Source: Nitrospirota bacterium | Lineage (GTDB): Bacteria; Nitrospirota; Nitrospiria; Nitrospirales; NS-4 | DNA: 64,000 bases | Assembly: GCA_963788195.1 (NCBI GenBank) | Contig: CAWBGA010000002.1 | Span: 224,001 to 288,000, forward strand | Direction: 5' to 3' | Part shown: in pieces, positions 10,497 to 20,327 of the stretch | Layout of the letters: every line of letters starts with the position of its first letter | Position numbering within the stretch: position 1 is the first letter of the stretch | Translations under genes and position numbers: made by a program | Notes under the pieces: model-generated | Databases searched by the model: none | What the model saw: only the letters and a program-made list of their open reading frames with translations | Told to the model about the DNA's origin: nothing

Positions 10497-10501
10497 CGAT
10501 A

Positions 10502-11000
10502 GTGCATCACGATCGCGGCGCAGATCCAGGAAGCCTTCCCCGGCGCGGTTCAGACAGCCGTGGAGTGGCGCGGTGATTTGGCGATCACAGTCGCGCGCGA
10601 TCACCTGCATAATGTCTGCCGCTATTTGCACGATGCTCCCGAGATGGATTTCGATTACATCGTTCATGTCAGTTCCGTCGATTGGCCGGATGAGCCGGAG
10701 CGATTCGAAGTGGTGTATGAGGCCTATTCGATCCGCCGCCGCAATCGCATTCGGGTGAAGACCAGGGTGCCCGAAGATGACTGTATCGTCGATTCTATGA
10801 CGGATATCTGGAAAGGCGCCGACTTCATGGAACGCGAAGTCTTCGACATGATGGGAATTCGCTTTCGCAATCATCCCAATCTCACCCGGATCCTGATGCC
10901 TGACGACTATCCTGAAGGCTACCCGCTCCGCAAGGATTTTCCGCTGAGAGGAAAAGGTTGGCGGGACACATTCACATTTATCGGTGAAAAACCCGCATGA
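10502..11000 (+). CDS. nuoC: NADH-quinone oxidoreductase subunit C (probable GTG start 10502 with +1 frameshift a few nt later)
   Basis: EREVFDMMGIRF, RILMPD, PLRKDFP. Confidence 0.92.
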
Positions 11001-12247
11001 AGCCGATCTTCGAAGACCAGCGTGAGACGATCTACCACGTAGATCCGGAACACCCTGAAAATCCGGGTCTCCCGACCCTGCGCACCGAGGAGATGATGCT
11101 GAATATGGGGCCCCAGCATCCCAGCACGCATGGGGTGCTCAAAGTGGTCCTCGCGCTGGAAGGGGAGCGCATCGTGAAAGCCACGCCGGTCCTCGGGTTT
11201 CTGCATCGCGGCGTCGAGAAGCTGGCGGAAGACGGCACCTACCACCAGTTTATTCCTCACACGGATCGCCTCGACTACATCTGCGCGATGTACAACAATT
11301 TTGCTTACTGCCGTGCGGTGGAAAAGCTTGTCGATATCAAGGTGCCTCCTCGCGCTGAGTATCTGCGCACAATCGTCGCGGAGATCCAGCGGATTATCGG
11401 CCACCAGTTCTGGCTAGGGACGCAGGCGCTGGACATCGGCGCGATGACGGTGTTTTTCTACACCTTTCGCGACCGCGAAATCCTTTTGGACTTCTTTGAC
11501 GAGCTCTGCGGAGCCCGTCTGACGACAAGCTGGTATCGCATCGGCGGGGTCGAGCGCGATTTCACGCCCGAAATGATCGAGAAACTGCGTCGCTTTGTGG
11601 ATTATTTTCCTCCAAAGATCGACGAGTACGTGACGTTTTTGGAAACCAACCGCATCTGGCTTTCCCGGACAAAAGGCGTGGCGGTGATCTCGGCGGAGGA
11701 CGCGATCAGCTTTGGCTTGAGCGGACCGAGCTTGCGGGGCTCCGGGGTCGACTATGACCTGCGAAAGTTCGAACCTTATGGGGCGTACGACCAGTGTGAA
11801 TGGAGCGTGCCGGTCGGCAAAAACGGCGACACCTATGACAGGTACTGGATCCGGGTGGAAGAGATGCGGCAGAGCCTCAGCATGGTTCGGCAATTGTTGG
11901 AGAAGCTGCCGGATGGACCGATCATGGCAGACGTGCCCAGCGTCACTCTGCCGCCCAAGGAACGGGTGTTTAACGATCTCGCCAGCATGATTCAACAGTT
12001 CAAGCTGTTCTCCGACGGGTTCATGGCGCCACGCGGCGAGATTTATTGCGGGACGGAAGCGGCCAAAGGCGAGTTGGGCTTCTACATTGTCAGCACCGGC
12101 CAGGGGAAGCCCTATCGGCTTAAGATTCGGGCCCCCTCCTTCATTCATATGGGCGCCTTCGATTATATGGCTCGTGGGTATATGATTGCGGACGTCGTCA
12201 CTATTTTCGGGACGTACGATATAGTCATGGGCGAATGCGACCGTTGA
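10997..12247 (+). CDS. nuoD: NADH-quinone oxidoreductase subunit D
   Basis: NMGPQHPSTHGVL, HRGVEK, DRLDY, KGELG, GECDR. Confidence 0.97.
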   Translation: MKPIFEDQRETIYHVDPEHPENPGLPTLRTEEMMLNMGPQHPSTHGVLKVVLALEGERIVKATPVLGFLHRGVEKLAEDGTYHQFIPHTDRLDYICAMYNNFAYCRAVEKLVDIKVPPRAEYLRTIVAEIQRIIGHQFWLGTQALDIGAMTVFFYTFRDREILLDFFDELCGARLTTSWYRIGGVERDFTPEMIEKLRRFVDYFPPKIDEYVTFLETNRIWLSRTKGVAVISAEDAISFGLSGPSLRGSGVDYDLRKFEPYGAYDQCEWSVPVGKNGDTYDRYWIRVEEMRQSLSMVRQLLEKLPDGPIMADVPSVTLPPKERVFNDLASMIQQFKLFSDGFMAPRGEIYCGTEAAKGELGFYIVSTGQGKPYRLKIRAPSFIHMGAFDYMARGYMIADVVTIFGTYDIVMGECDR

Positions 12248-12255
12248 TAATGCAT

Positions 12256-12335
12256 TGTCATTCTGAGTGCAACGAAGAATCTAATCGAGATCCTTCACTT
12301 CGTTCAGGATGACAAGCAAAGGATTCAGGATGACA
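12256..12335. repeat. REP-like family A inverted pair plus partial third copy
   Basis: TGTCATTCTGAGTGCAACGAAGAATCT (12256-12282) faces AGATCCTTCACTTCGTTCAGGATGACA (12288-12314); partial TTCAGGATGACA at 12324. Confidence 0.85.
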
Positions 12336-12400
12336 GGCGAAGTGTTCGGGAGGACGGGCTCGTGATACATAGGATTGCGAGCGGGCGATAAGGAAATGAA

Positions 12401-15109
12401 ATGGCTCTAAAACCAGTCACTTCACCGGATGTCGAGGCCCCCAGCATTGAGCTGACCATCGACGGCCAGCCTGCGCGCACCAGAGCCGGAGTGTCGCTCT
12501 ACGACGTGATTTCAGAGACCGGCAAGATCATTCCTGCAATGTGTTATCACTACACGTTCGATCCTTTCGGGTCCTGTGGAATGTGCTTGGTCATGGTGGA
12601 GGGGAAAAAGGCGCCGGTTCGGTCATGCACCGCTAAGGCCGAAGCCGGTCTCGTCGTGCGGACGGCGGGCGACGATCTGTTCGCCGCCCGGAAAAAGGCG
12701 GTCGAAAAACACCTCAGTATCCATCCGCTCGACTGCCCTGTGTGCGATGCCGACGGGCACTGCGAGCTTCAGGATATGGCCTTTCAGCACGGGGTCACCA
12801 ATCTTGTGAATGCCAAGCCGAAGGGACTGCCCGAGGATCGGCGCAGTCTTGTGCTGGACTTCAACATGAACCGCTGCATTCTGTGTGGAGAGTGCATCAA
12901 TATCTGCAAGGACGTGCAGATGATCGATGCCTTGCAGTTCTTCAAAAAGGAAGGCACGACCCATGTCGTCGCCAAGGGCGACAATGCTCTCCAATGCGAG
13001 TTCTGCGGTGATTGCCTGGCTGTCTGTCCGGTGGGGGCGATCACCAATAAGTATTCGAAGTACATCTACAAGCCCTGGCAATTGAAGAAGACCACTACAA
13101 CATGCGGTTACTGCGCCGACGGTTGCCAGTTACACGTCGAGACGAGCGGTCGGGACGTTCAGCGCGTCACCTCTCCTCTCTCATGGAAAAACAAGTGGGG
13201 CGACCGGGCGGAAACAGCGAAAGGCCACGGCGGCCTCTGCGTGCTCGGGCGGTTCGGCTTTCAATATATCGACAGTAAGGATCGGCTGACCACGCCGCTT
13301 GTCAGGACAGACGAAGGCCTTGTGCCGATGTCTTGGTACGAAGCCGTCACGCTGGTCAAAGACCGGCTGGCGGCGATCAAAGCCCAACACGGGGCGAATG
13401 CTATCGCGGGATTGATCACCGCGCGCTGCACGAATGAAGAGCACTACCTTTTTCAGAAGCTCATGCGCGCAGCCATCGGGACGAACCAATTGGACAGCAG
13501 CGCCCGCTATGGATATCTCAACTTCACGCGCGCAATGCAGCATGCGGTCGGCGTCGGCCGGCTGATGAACAGCTATGAGGAGATCACCAAGGCCAAAGTC
13601 CTGTTGTTGATCGGAACCGACATCACCGAGACCAATCCGATCACGGGCCTGCGCGTCAAGGAAGCATTACGTGTCTATGGCGCCACCGTGGTTGTCGCCG
13701 ATAGGGCGGTGACAAATATCGCTAAGCTGGCATCGCATCCACTGATGATCAGTCCGGGCGGTGAGGGGTGGTTTATCAAGGGCCTGGTCAAGGCGGTGCT
13801 GGATGGGGATCTGGTGGATGAAGCCGCGATCGGCGCGGCGCCGCAAGCCTTTGCCGCGCTCAAGACGGCTGTGGAGAGTCTGCCTTGGGAGACAATCACA
13901 GCGTTCGCGGGAACGTCCAAGGAGTCGATCACCGACGCGGCCCGCATTTATGCCGAGGCTGCCACGGCGGTCATCCTCTGCGGTGAGGGCGTGATCCAGC
14001 GCGACCATGGATATGCCAGCATCTTAAACCTCGTCGATCTTGCCTGGGTCACCGGGAAGCTGACCAGGCCCGGTTGTGGCATTAATGCCTTACCCGAAGA
14101 AGCCAATGAGCAGGGGGCGGTGGACATGGGGGTGGCGCCGGAGCTGCTGCCGGGCCAGGCGTCTTATACCGACCCGGAAATGCGCGCGAAATTTGAGCGT
14201 GTCTGGAATGTGGCGCTTCCCGTGGAACCGCAGGCATCCGGCGGGCTGATGGAAATCTTGGAACGTTGCCGCTCAGGACAGATCAAGGCTCTCTACCTGG
14301 TCGGGGAGAATCCTTTGGCGACTCTGCCGGCCAACAGCGGAGTTCGCGAGGCATTGGAAAAAGTCGAGTTCCTCATCGCCCAGGATCCGTATCTGACTGA
14401 AAGCGGGCGCCTCGCCCACGTGGTATTGCCTGCGTCCACGTCAGCCGAAAAGGAGGGGACGTTTACGGATCTGCAGGGCAAGGTAAACCGCGTTCGCCAG
14501 GCCCTGGAACTGGGTGATGAAGCACGGCCGGACTGGGAGATTTTTACCGCGATCGGCTCCTTGTTGGGTTACCCGATGGACTATGAGCATCCGAATGCGA
14601 TCCAATCCGAGATCATGAAACTTCTCCCAGGTTATAACAACCTCGGCGAGCGCCCCGCGGTCGTCGCGCGTCCCGACCGTTATCTTAACGGCAGCTATGT
14701 GTCTGAAGTCGCGTTGCGCTATCGGCAAGACGAAGGCCGGCCGGCCGAGAGGCCTTTCACGTTGGTGATGGGACAGGTCTTGTACCATCACGGCAAGCTA
14801 TCCACGCGGGCATCCGGCTTGACCGTGCTCTATCCCAACAACGGCGCTCTTCAAATGCACCCCGACGATCTTGCCCGGTTGCAGGTGGGTGACAAAGACG
14901 CTGTACGGGTTCAGTCCGGCCACGGCAGCCTGGAGATGAAGGCAGAGGCGAATGCCACGTTGGGCCTTGGCACCTGCTTTTTCCCGGAGCACTTCAATGA
15001 GCCCCCGGTCAAAGATCTCATGGACTGCGTGATCGATCCGATTACCGGTGTCCCGACCTTTAAGCTCACGAGAGTCTCAATTGAGAAGATCCCCTCCGGC
15101 ACACTATGA
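12401..15109 (+). CDS. nuoG: NuoG-like / FdsA-like Fe-S subunit (902 aa)
   Basis: 2Fe-2S (C..CGMC..C), HPLDCPVC...C, CILCGECINIC, CEFCGDCLAVCP, CGYCADGC...C; molybdopterin-oxidoreductase fold. Confidence 0.88.
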   Translation: MALKPVTSPDVEAPSIELTIDGQPARTRAGVSLYDVISETGKIIPAMCYHYTFDPFGSCGMCLVMVEGKKAPVRSCTAKAEAGLVVRTAGDDLFAARKKAVEKHLSIHPLDCPVCDADGHCELQDMAFQHGVTNLVNAKPKGLPEDRRSLVLDFNMNRCILCGECINICKDVQMIDALQFFKKEGTTHVVAKGDNALQCEFCGDCLAVCPVGAITNKYSKYIYKPWQLKKTTTTCGYCADGCQLHVETSGRDVQRVTSPLSWKNKWGDRAETAKGHGGLCVLGRFGFQYIDSKDRLTTPLVRTDEGLVPMSWYEAVTLVKDRLAAIKAQHGANAIAGLITARCTNEEHYLFQKLMRAAIGTNQLDSSARYGYLNFTRAMQHAVGVGRLMNSYEEITKAKVLLLIGTDITETNPITGLRVKEALRVYGATVVVADRAVTNIAKLASHPLMISPGGEGWFIKGLVKAVLDGDLVDEAAIGAAPQAFAALKTAVESLPWETITAFAGTSKESITDAARIYAEAATAVILCGEGVIQRDHGYASILNLVDLAWVTGKLTRPGCGINALPEEANEQGAVDMGVAPELLPGQASYTDPEMRAKFERVWNVALPVEPQASGGLMEILERCRSGQIKALYLVGENPLATLPANSGVREALEKVEFLIAQDPYLTESGRLAHVVLPASTSAEKEGTFTDLQGKVNRVRQALELGDEARPDWEIFTAIGSLLGYPMDYEHPNAIQSEIMKLLPGYNNLGERPAVVARPDRYLNGSYVSEVALRYRQDEGRPAERPFTLVMGQVLYHHGKLSTRASGLTVLYPNNGALQMHPDDLARLQVGDKDAVRVQSGHGSLEMKAEANATLGLGTCFFPEHFNEPPVKDLMDCVIDPITGVPTFKLTRVSIEKIPSGTL

Positions 15110-15690
15110 AAGACGAGACTGAAGAAAAGAGCCTGCTGCGAACGTTCTGGGATGCCCTGTCATTCTCGGAAATCCGGACTGCCATGAGAGTCGTGATGCG
15201 GCACATGTTCGTAAAGCCGGTGACATTTCAATACCCGCGGGAGAAACGCACGATTCCGGACGCGCATCGCGGGGCGCTGGGCCTGCTACGGTACGACGAC
15301 GGCGTGGAGCGCTGCGTCGGATGTGATCTGTGCGAGGCCGCCTGCCCTTCGCGTTGCATCAAAGTAGTGAGCGCCGAGAATCCCGCGAAGCCGCTCACCC
15401 GTATTGCGACGGAGTTTTACATCGACATCACGAAATGCGTCTTCTGCGGCTACTGCGTTGAGGCATGTCCCGTGAATGCGCTTGCAATGACCAAGATGTA
15501 CGAGTATTCTACGCCGGACAAACGGACCCTGATATTCGACAAAAAGCGATTGTACGAGGTGGGCGAGAAACATATTGAAGACGCCAAGCGATATCTCTAT
15601 GCCCACAATCAGGAGAAAAACGACTCTGACAGCCGGGCCTACCGTTATAAGTTTCCGCATACCGTGACCGCCCCTCGCTCCGATCCCTAG
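15106..15690 (+). CDS. nuoI: NADH-quinone oxidoreductase subunit I
   Basis: TFQYP, CVGCDLCEAACP, CVFCGYCVEACP. Confidence 0.96.
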   Translation: MKDETEEKSLLRTFWDALSFSEIRTAMRVVMRHMFVKPVTFQYPREKRTIPDAHRGALGLLRYDDGVERCVGCDLCEAACPSRCIKVVSAENPAKPLTRIATEFYIDITKCVFCGYCVEACPVNALAMTKMYEYSTPDKRTLIFDKKRLYEVGEKHIEDAKRYLYAHNQEKNDSDSRAYRYKFPHTVTAPRSDP

Positions 15691-15692
15691 AA

Positions 15693-16220
15693 ATGGTTCC
15701 GGTTTTCTTCGCGTACTTCGCCCTCGTCAGCGTGGTCTCCGGAATCCTGACCGTGTCTCTCAGAAATCCTGTGCAGTGTGGGATCGCACTGCTCTCCCTC
15801 CTCGGCCACATCGCGGGATTGTTCGTGCTGTTAAACGCTGAGTTCCTCGCCGCGGTGCAGATCATTATCTACGCGGGCGCGATCCTGATTCTTTATCTCT
15901 TTGTGCTCATGATGCTCAACCTCAAAACGGAGGAACGGTACGTCCATCAGCGGCACGCCTGGTATATCTTGGGCGTAGGGGCGGTGAGCATCGAATTGCT
16001 GCTGCTCTTGCTGACGGCGGACTACGCCGGAATCAAGGGGACGCATCCTCCGCAGGTGGTCGAGACGGTCGGCAACAGCACTGCGATCGGCATCCTGATG
16101 TTCAGCGATTACCTGTTACCGTTTGAAATCGTGGGTATTTTTCTCTTGGGCGCGATTGTCGGCGCAATAGTGCTGACGAAGAATCCGACCCGCGCCGACC
16201 TCGAGCGTGAGCCGTCATGA
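15693..16220 (+). CDS. nuoJ: NADH-quinone oxidoreductase subunit J
   Basis: AEFLAAVQIIIYAGAI, YLLPFEI. Confidence 0.96.
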   Translation: MVPVFFAYFALVSVVSGILTVSLRNPVQCGIALLSLLGHIAGLFVLLNAEFLAAVQIIIYAGAILILYLFVLMMLNLKTEERYVHQRHAWYILGVGAVSIELLLLLLTADYAGIKGTHPPQVVETVGNSTAIGILMFSDYLLPFEIVGIFLLGAIVGAIVLTKNPTRADLEREPS

Positions 16221-16519
16221 TTCCTCTGTCTGCCTATGTCGCCGTCAGCTCAATCTTGTTCGTGACGGGAGTTGTCGGCGTGCTGATCCGTCGAAACTTT
16301 ATTATTGTCTTGATGTCCATTGAGATCATGCTGAACGCAGCGAATCTAAACCTGGTAGCCTTTGCGCATCATTTGCAGTCTCTGGGGGGCCAGGTAGTTG
16401 CCCTCTTTGTGATCGCCATTGCCGCAGGGGAAGCGGCCGTGGGGCTGGCCATCATCATTGTCGTGTTCCGCGGCAAAATTGCGACGAACGTCGACCAAAT
16501 TAACATCTTAAAATGGTAG
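16217..16519 (+). CDS. nuoK: NADH-quinone oxidoreductase subunit K
   Basis: RRN, SIEIMLNA, EAAVGLAI. Confidence 0.96.
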   Translation: MIPLSAYVAVSSILFVTGVVGVLIRRNFIIVLMSIEIMLNAANLNLVAFAHHLQSLGGQVVALFVIAIAAGEAAVGLAIIIVVFRGKIATNVDQINILKW

Positions 16520-16540
16520 AGACTTCTTTTGTTCTTCGAC

Positions 16541-16650
16541 CCGTTCACCCTGAGCCTGTCGAAGGGCGTCGTTCTTCGACTGAGTCATTCAGATTGTGTC
16601 AATTTTATTCTGAGAATGCCGTCCTTCGTTCGACAAGCTCAGGACGAAGG
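16541..16650. repeat. REP-like family B inverted pair
   Basis: CCGTTCACCCTGAGCCTGTCGAAGGG (16541-16566) and TTCGACAAGCTCAGGACGAAGG (16629-16650). Confidence 0.75.
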
Positions 16651-16710
16651 GCCAGCGTATGACGGGTGCGTATCATTGAGTTCCACAAGAGTTGACCAAG
16701 CGGATAATTC

Positions 16711-18717
16711 ATGTTTGATCAGATTGTTATTCTCATCGTAGTTTTCCCGCTCATCGCGGTGCTTGCCAACGGCCTCAACGTAATGCTCGGCAGGCGCTAC
16801 TCCGACGCGATCGCTCATCGGCTTGGTTGGGGCTCGGTTCTGCTGTCGTTTGTATGTTCTCTTTGGGTGTGCCGCCAGCTTCTTAGTGATCCAACGCCCC
16901 GGACGGTCATCGTCTACCGCTGGTTTTTCGGCGGAGATCTCGAGGTCAATCTCGGCTTTCTCATCGATCCGCTCACTTGCGTGATGCTCCTTGTGGTTAC
17001 CGGAGTCGGCTTTCTGATTCATGTGTATTCCGTCGGCTACATGCACGGTGAAGAGGGTTTTGCGCGTTTCTTCACCTATATGAACCTGTTCATGGTCTCC
17101 ATGCTCCTGCTGGTCATGGGCAATAACTATGTGGTGCTCTTCATCGGGTGGGAAGGGGTTGGGCTCTGCTCCTATCTGCTGATCGGTTACTACTACGACC
17201 GTGTCTCCGCCGCGCAGGCTGCCACGAAAGCCTTTGTGGTGAATCGCATTGGGGATGCCGGATTTCTGATCGCCATTTTTCTCATCTTCGACAAGTTCGG
17301 GACGCTCGACTATACGCAGGTGCTCGCGCGGGCGGCCGTCTTGGATTCCGGTACGGCGGCCGCGATCGCCATTTGTCTGTTTATCGGGGCGGTCGGGAAA
17401 TCGGCGCAGCTCCCGCTGCACACCTGGTTGCCCGATGCCATGGAAGGCCCGACGCCGGTAAGCGCGTTGATCCATGCCGCAACCATGGTGACCGCGGGGG
17501 TCTACATGGTAGTCCGAAACCATGCGATTTACGACCTCGCCCCCATGGTGCTGCTGCTGGTTGGCACGGTTGGCGCGATCACCGCCCTGTTCGCCGCGAC
17601 CATCGGGCTCGTGCAAACGGACATCAAAAGGGTGCTCGCGTACTCCACGGTTTCCCAGCTGGGCTTTATGTTTCTCGCATGCGGAGTCGGTGCCTATGCG
17701 GCGGCGATTTTTCATTTGGTCACACATGCTTTCTTCAAGGCGCTGCTCTTCCTCGCCGCGGGCTCGGTGATCCATGCGATGGCCGGGGAACAGGACATCC
17801 GCAAGATGGGGGGGCTTTGGAAGTCAATCCCAGTGACGTACTGGGTTTTTCTCATCGGGACCGCCGCAATCGCCGGGTTTCCATTTCTGTCGGGCTGGTG
17901 GAGTAAAGACGAGATCCTCGGCCATGCCTTCATTCACGGCCACTACATCCTCTGGCTGCTCGGCGCCGTGGCTGCTTTCTGCACCGCCTTCTACATGTCA
18001 CGGCTGCTGTACCTCACTTTTTATGGACAATCCCATCTTGATGCACACGCCGGGCATCATGTCCATGAGTCGCCACCGGTGATGCTGGCCCCGCTGGTGA
18101 TCCTGGCGATTCTGGCCGCGATCGGCGGGCTCATCGGGGTCATCCCGGGCGGTTTGGAGAACGGCTGGTTTCACCAGTTTCTCCGTCCCGTCGTTTCCCT
18201 CAAGAGCGAAATGTCAGAGGCTCATGAACCAGGAACGACGCTGCCCTTCGTGCTGATGGCCGTGACCACTTTGATCGCATTGGCCGGCTGGTTCACCGCG
18301 CACTACTTTTATAAGCTCAGGCCGGACACGCCGCATAGGCTTCGCGTGCGGATGTCGGGGGCATACCTCCTGCTGTTGAACAAATACTGGGTCGATGAGG
18401 TCTACGACAAGGCGTTCGTGGAGAGCACCAAGACCGGGGGACGTGCCATGGACGACGTGGACACACGAGTGGTGGACGGCGCCGTGGTAGGTGTCCGGCA
18501 GCTGACGGAGATGGGTGCGCAAGGGTCGACCTGGATTGAAAAGTACATCATTTACGGCGGCTTGAATGTCATCGGTTATGGCAACCACCTCGCCGCTCGC
18601 GTACTCCGGAAGTTACAATCCGGCCTCGTCCACCACTACGCAACGATCCTCGCCGGGGGTTTTGTGATCCTCGTGAATCTCATCGTTCTGTTTTGGTGGT
18701 TGGGGAGTCGCTCGTGA
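16711..18717 (+). CDS. nuoL: NADH-quinone oxidoreductase subunit L with extended amphipathic helix
   Basis: GWEGVG, GKSAQLPLHTWLPDAMEGPTPVSALIHAATMV, HAFFKALLF. Confidence 0.97.
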   Translation: MFDQIVILIVVFPLIAVLANGLNVMLGRRYSDAIAHRLGWGSVLLSFVCSLWVCRQLLSDPTPRTVIVYRWFFGGDLEVNLGFLIDPLTCVMLLVVTGVGFLIHVYSVGYMHGEEGFARFFTYMNLFMVSMLLLVMGNNYVVLFIGWEGVGLCSYLLIGYYYDRVSAAQAATKAFVVNRIGDAGFLIAIFLIFDKFGTLDYTQVLARAAVLDSGTAAAIAICLFIGAVGKSAQLPLHTWLPDAMEGPTPVSALIHAATMVTAGVYMVVRNHAIYDLAPMVLLLVGTVGAITALFAATIGLVQTDIKRVLAYSTVSQLGFMFLACGVGAYAAAIFHLVTHAFFKALLFLAAGSVIHAMAGEQDIRKMGGLWKSIPVTYWVFLIGTAAIAGFPFLSGWWSKDEILGHAFIHGHYILWLLGAVAAFCTAFYMSRLLYLTFYGQSHLDAHAGHHVHESPPVMLAPLVILAILAAIGGLIGVIPGGLENGWFHQFLRPVVSLKSEMSEAHEPGTTLPFVLMAVTTLIALAGWFTAHYFYKLRPDTPHRLRVRMSGAYLLLLNKYWVDEVYDKAFVESTKTGGRAMDDVDTRVVDGAVVGVRQLTEMGAQGSTWIEKYIIYGGLNVIGYGNHLAARVLRKLQSGLVHHYATILAGGFVILVNLIVLFWWLGSRS

Positions 18718-20327
18718 TTCTAAACGAGGTGTTCGCGGCCGAACAGATCGGATTCCCCATCTTGACCGTCCTCACGTTTCTTCCGCTTCTGGGAGCCCTG
18801 ATCATCTGGCTCTTGCAAAGTGACGAAGATCTCGTTCGAAAGACCTCCTTGGCCATTGCCGGTCTTGAGTTGTTCATTTCCGCACTGTTGCTCTGGAACT
18901 TCGTGCCGCACAGCGCCGACATTCAGTTTGCCGAGAGGGTGCCTTGGATACCGGCAATCGGAACCAGCTACCACCTTGGTGTGGACGGGATCAATGTCCT
19001 CTTCATTCCGCTCACGGCCTTTCTGACAGTCCTGATCATGGTCTATTCCTGGGAAAGAGGAAAAATCCTTTTCAAGCCCTACTTCATGTCGCTGCTCGCG
19101 CTGGAAGGAACCATGGTAGGGATCTTTGCCTCTCTCGATCTCATTCTGTTCTTTGTCTTCTGGGAGTTGATGCTGATCCCCAGTTACTTCCTGATCAAGT
19201 TATGGGGGCCGGGACCTGAGCGGCACTATGCTGCTTTGAAGTATGTCCTCTATACGCTCACCGGATCGGTGCTGATGTTGGTCGGGATTGTGCTGCTCAA
19301 TCTGAACTTTCATGCCGATGCGGTCATGCACCACACCGAGCCCCTCTATTCGTTCGACCTGTTGGAGCTCTTGAATGTCCCGGTGCCTCCGGCCCAGCAG
19401 ACGTTGATTTTCTTCCTCCTCTTTTTCGGTTTCGCGTTCAAGGCTCCGGTGGTTCCGTTTCATACGTGGCTGCCGACCGCGTTGGTGCAAGGTCCATTCG
19501 TGGTGAGCGTCATTCTGGCGGGGGTGAAGTTGGGGCCCTACGGATTTCTGCGCTTCAGCATCCCGTTGTTACCGGAAGCGTCCCGCGAGTGGCTCTGGCT
19601 CATGGCGGGACTGGGACTCATCGCGATTATCTACGGTGCTGTGATCGCACTGGTGCAAACCGACTTTCGGCGGCTCCTGGCGTTCTCGAGCATCAGTCAC
19701 CTGGGATTCGTCATGCTGGGCCTTTTCTCGCTGAACTATCAGGGGCTTCAGGGCAGCCTGTTGCAGATGATCAATCTGGGCTTCTCAACGGCGGGCCTCT
19801 TCTTTATGGCCGGCTTTCTCTATAACCGGACCGGATCCGCAGAACTGTCGGCCTACGGTGGATTGGTGCGTCACGTGCCATTGCTGTCAACCTTCGTTCT
19901 GATTCTTGGACTGGCATCGATCGGTCTTCCCGGCACCAATGGGTTCATCGGTGAATTCTTGATCCTACTAGGGGCCTTTCGCCAGCACTGGCTCCTCGCG
20001 GCCGTCGGCGTCCTCGGTGTCATTTTGGGGGCAGGATATTTTCTCTGGTTTTACGAACGCGCGTTCTTTGGGCCGGTGGGTAGCCGGGTCGCGGGGTTAT
20101 TGGACCTGCGGCCGCGCGAATGGGGCATTGCCGTGGCGCTCAGCGCCATGATTTTTTGGATTGGCCTCTACCCCGCCCCATTTCTGAACAGGATTAACGC
20201 GTCCATACAAAAGCTCACCGAACGGATTGAGCAAGGCTCCGAGGTGCGCGTCGGCGCAAAGAGCCCCCTCTCCCTCACCCACTCCCTCGAGCGGAGAGTG
20301 AAGGGTGGGGGTGAGGTTCAGCCGTGA
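18714..20327 (+). CDS. nuoM: NADH-quinone oxidoreductase subunit M, copy 1
   Basis: LGVDG, FFVFWELMLIP, KAPVVPFHTWLP, SSISHLG, GLPGTNGFIGE; GTG overlaps nuoL stop. Confidence 0.95.
   Translation: MILNEVFAAEQIGFPILTVLTFLPLLGALIIWLLQSDEDLVRKTSLAIAGLELFISALLLWNFVPHSADIQFAERVPWIPAIGTSYHLGVDGINVLFIPLTAFLTVLIMVYSWERGKILFKPYFMSLLALEGTMVGIFASLDLILFFVFWELMLIPSYFLIKLWGPGPERHYAALKYVLYTLTGSVLMLVGIVLLNLNFHADAVMHHTEPLYSFDLLELLNVPVPPAQQTLIFFLLFFGFAFKAPVVPFHTWLPTALVQGPFVVSVILAGVKLGPYGFLRFSIPLLPEASREWLWLMAGLGLIAIIYGAVIALVQTDFRRLLAFSSISHLGFVMLGLFSLNYQGLQGSLLQMINLGFSTAGLFFMAGFLYNRTGSAELSAYGGLVRHVPLLSTFVLILGLASIGLPGTNGFIGEFLILLGAFRQHWLLAAVGVLGVILGAGYFLWFYERAFFGPVGSRVAGLLDLRPREWGIAVALSAMIFWIGLYPAPFLNRINASIQKLTERIEQGSEVRVGAKSPLSLTHSLERRVKGGGEVQP

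Noticed and set aside
12401..15109. Formate dehydrogenase alpha subunit
   Set aside because: No Cys/Sec-His Mo ligand and sits in the nuoG position
16529..16741. Short ORFs in repeat spacers (also 23433-23720, 46878-47282)
   Set aside because: Translations (LSLSK, VILNEVKDL, KVACP) derive from the palindromic repeats
16639..17775. Long antisense ORFs (378 aa here; also 28684-29649, 49427-50389, 56119-57153)
   Set aside because: Shadow frames of well-supported GC-rich genes with no motifs
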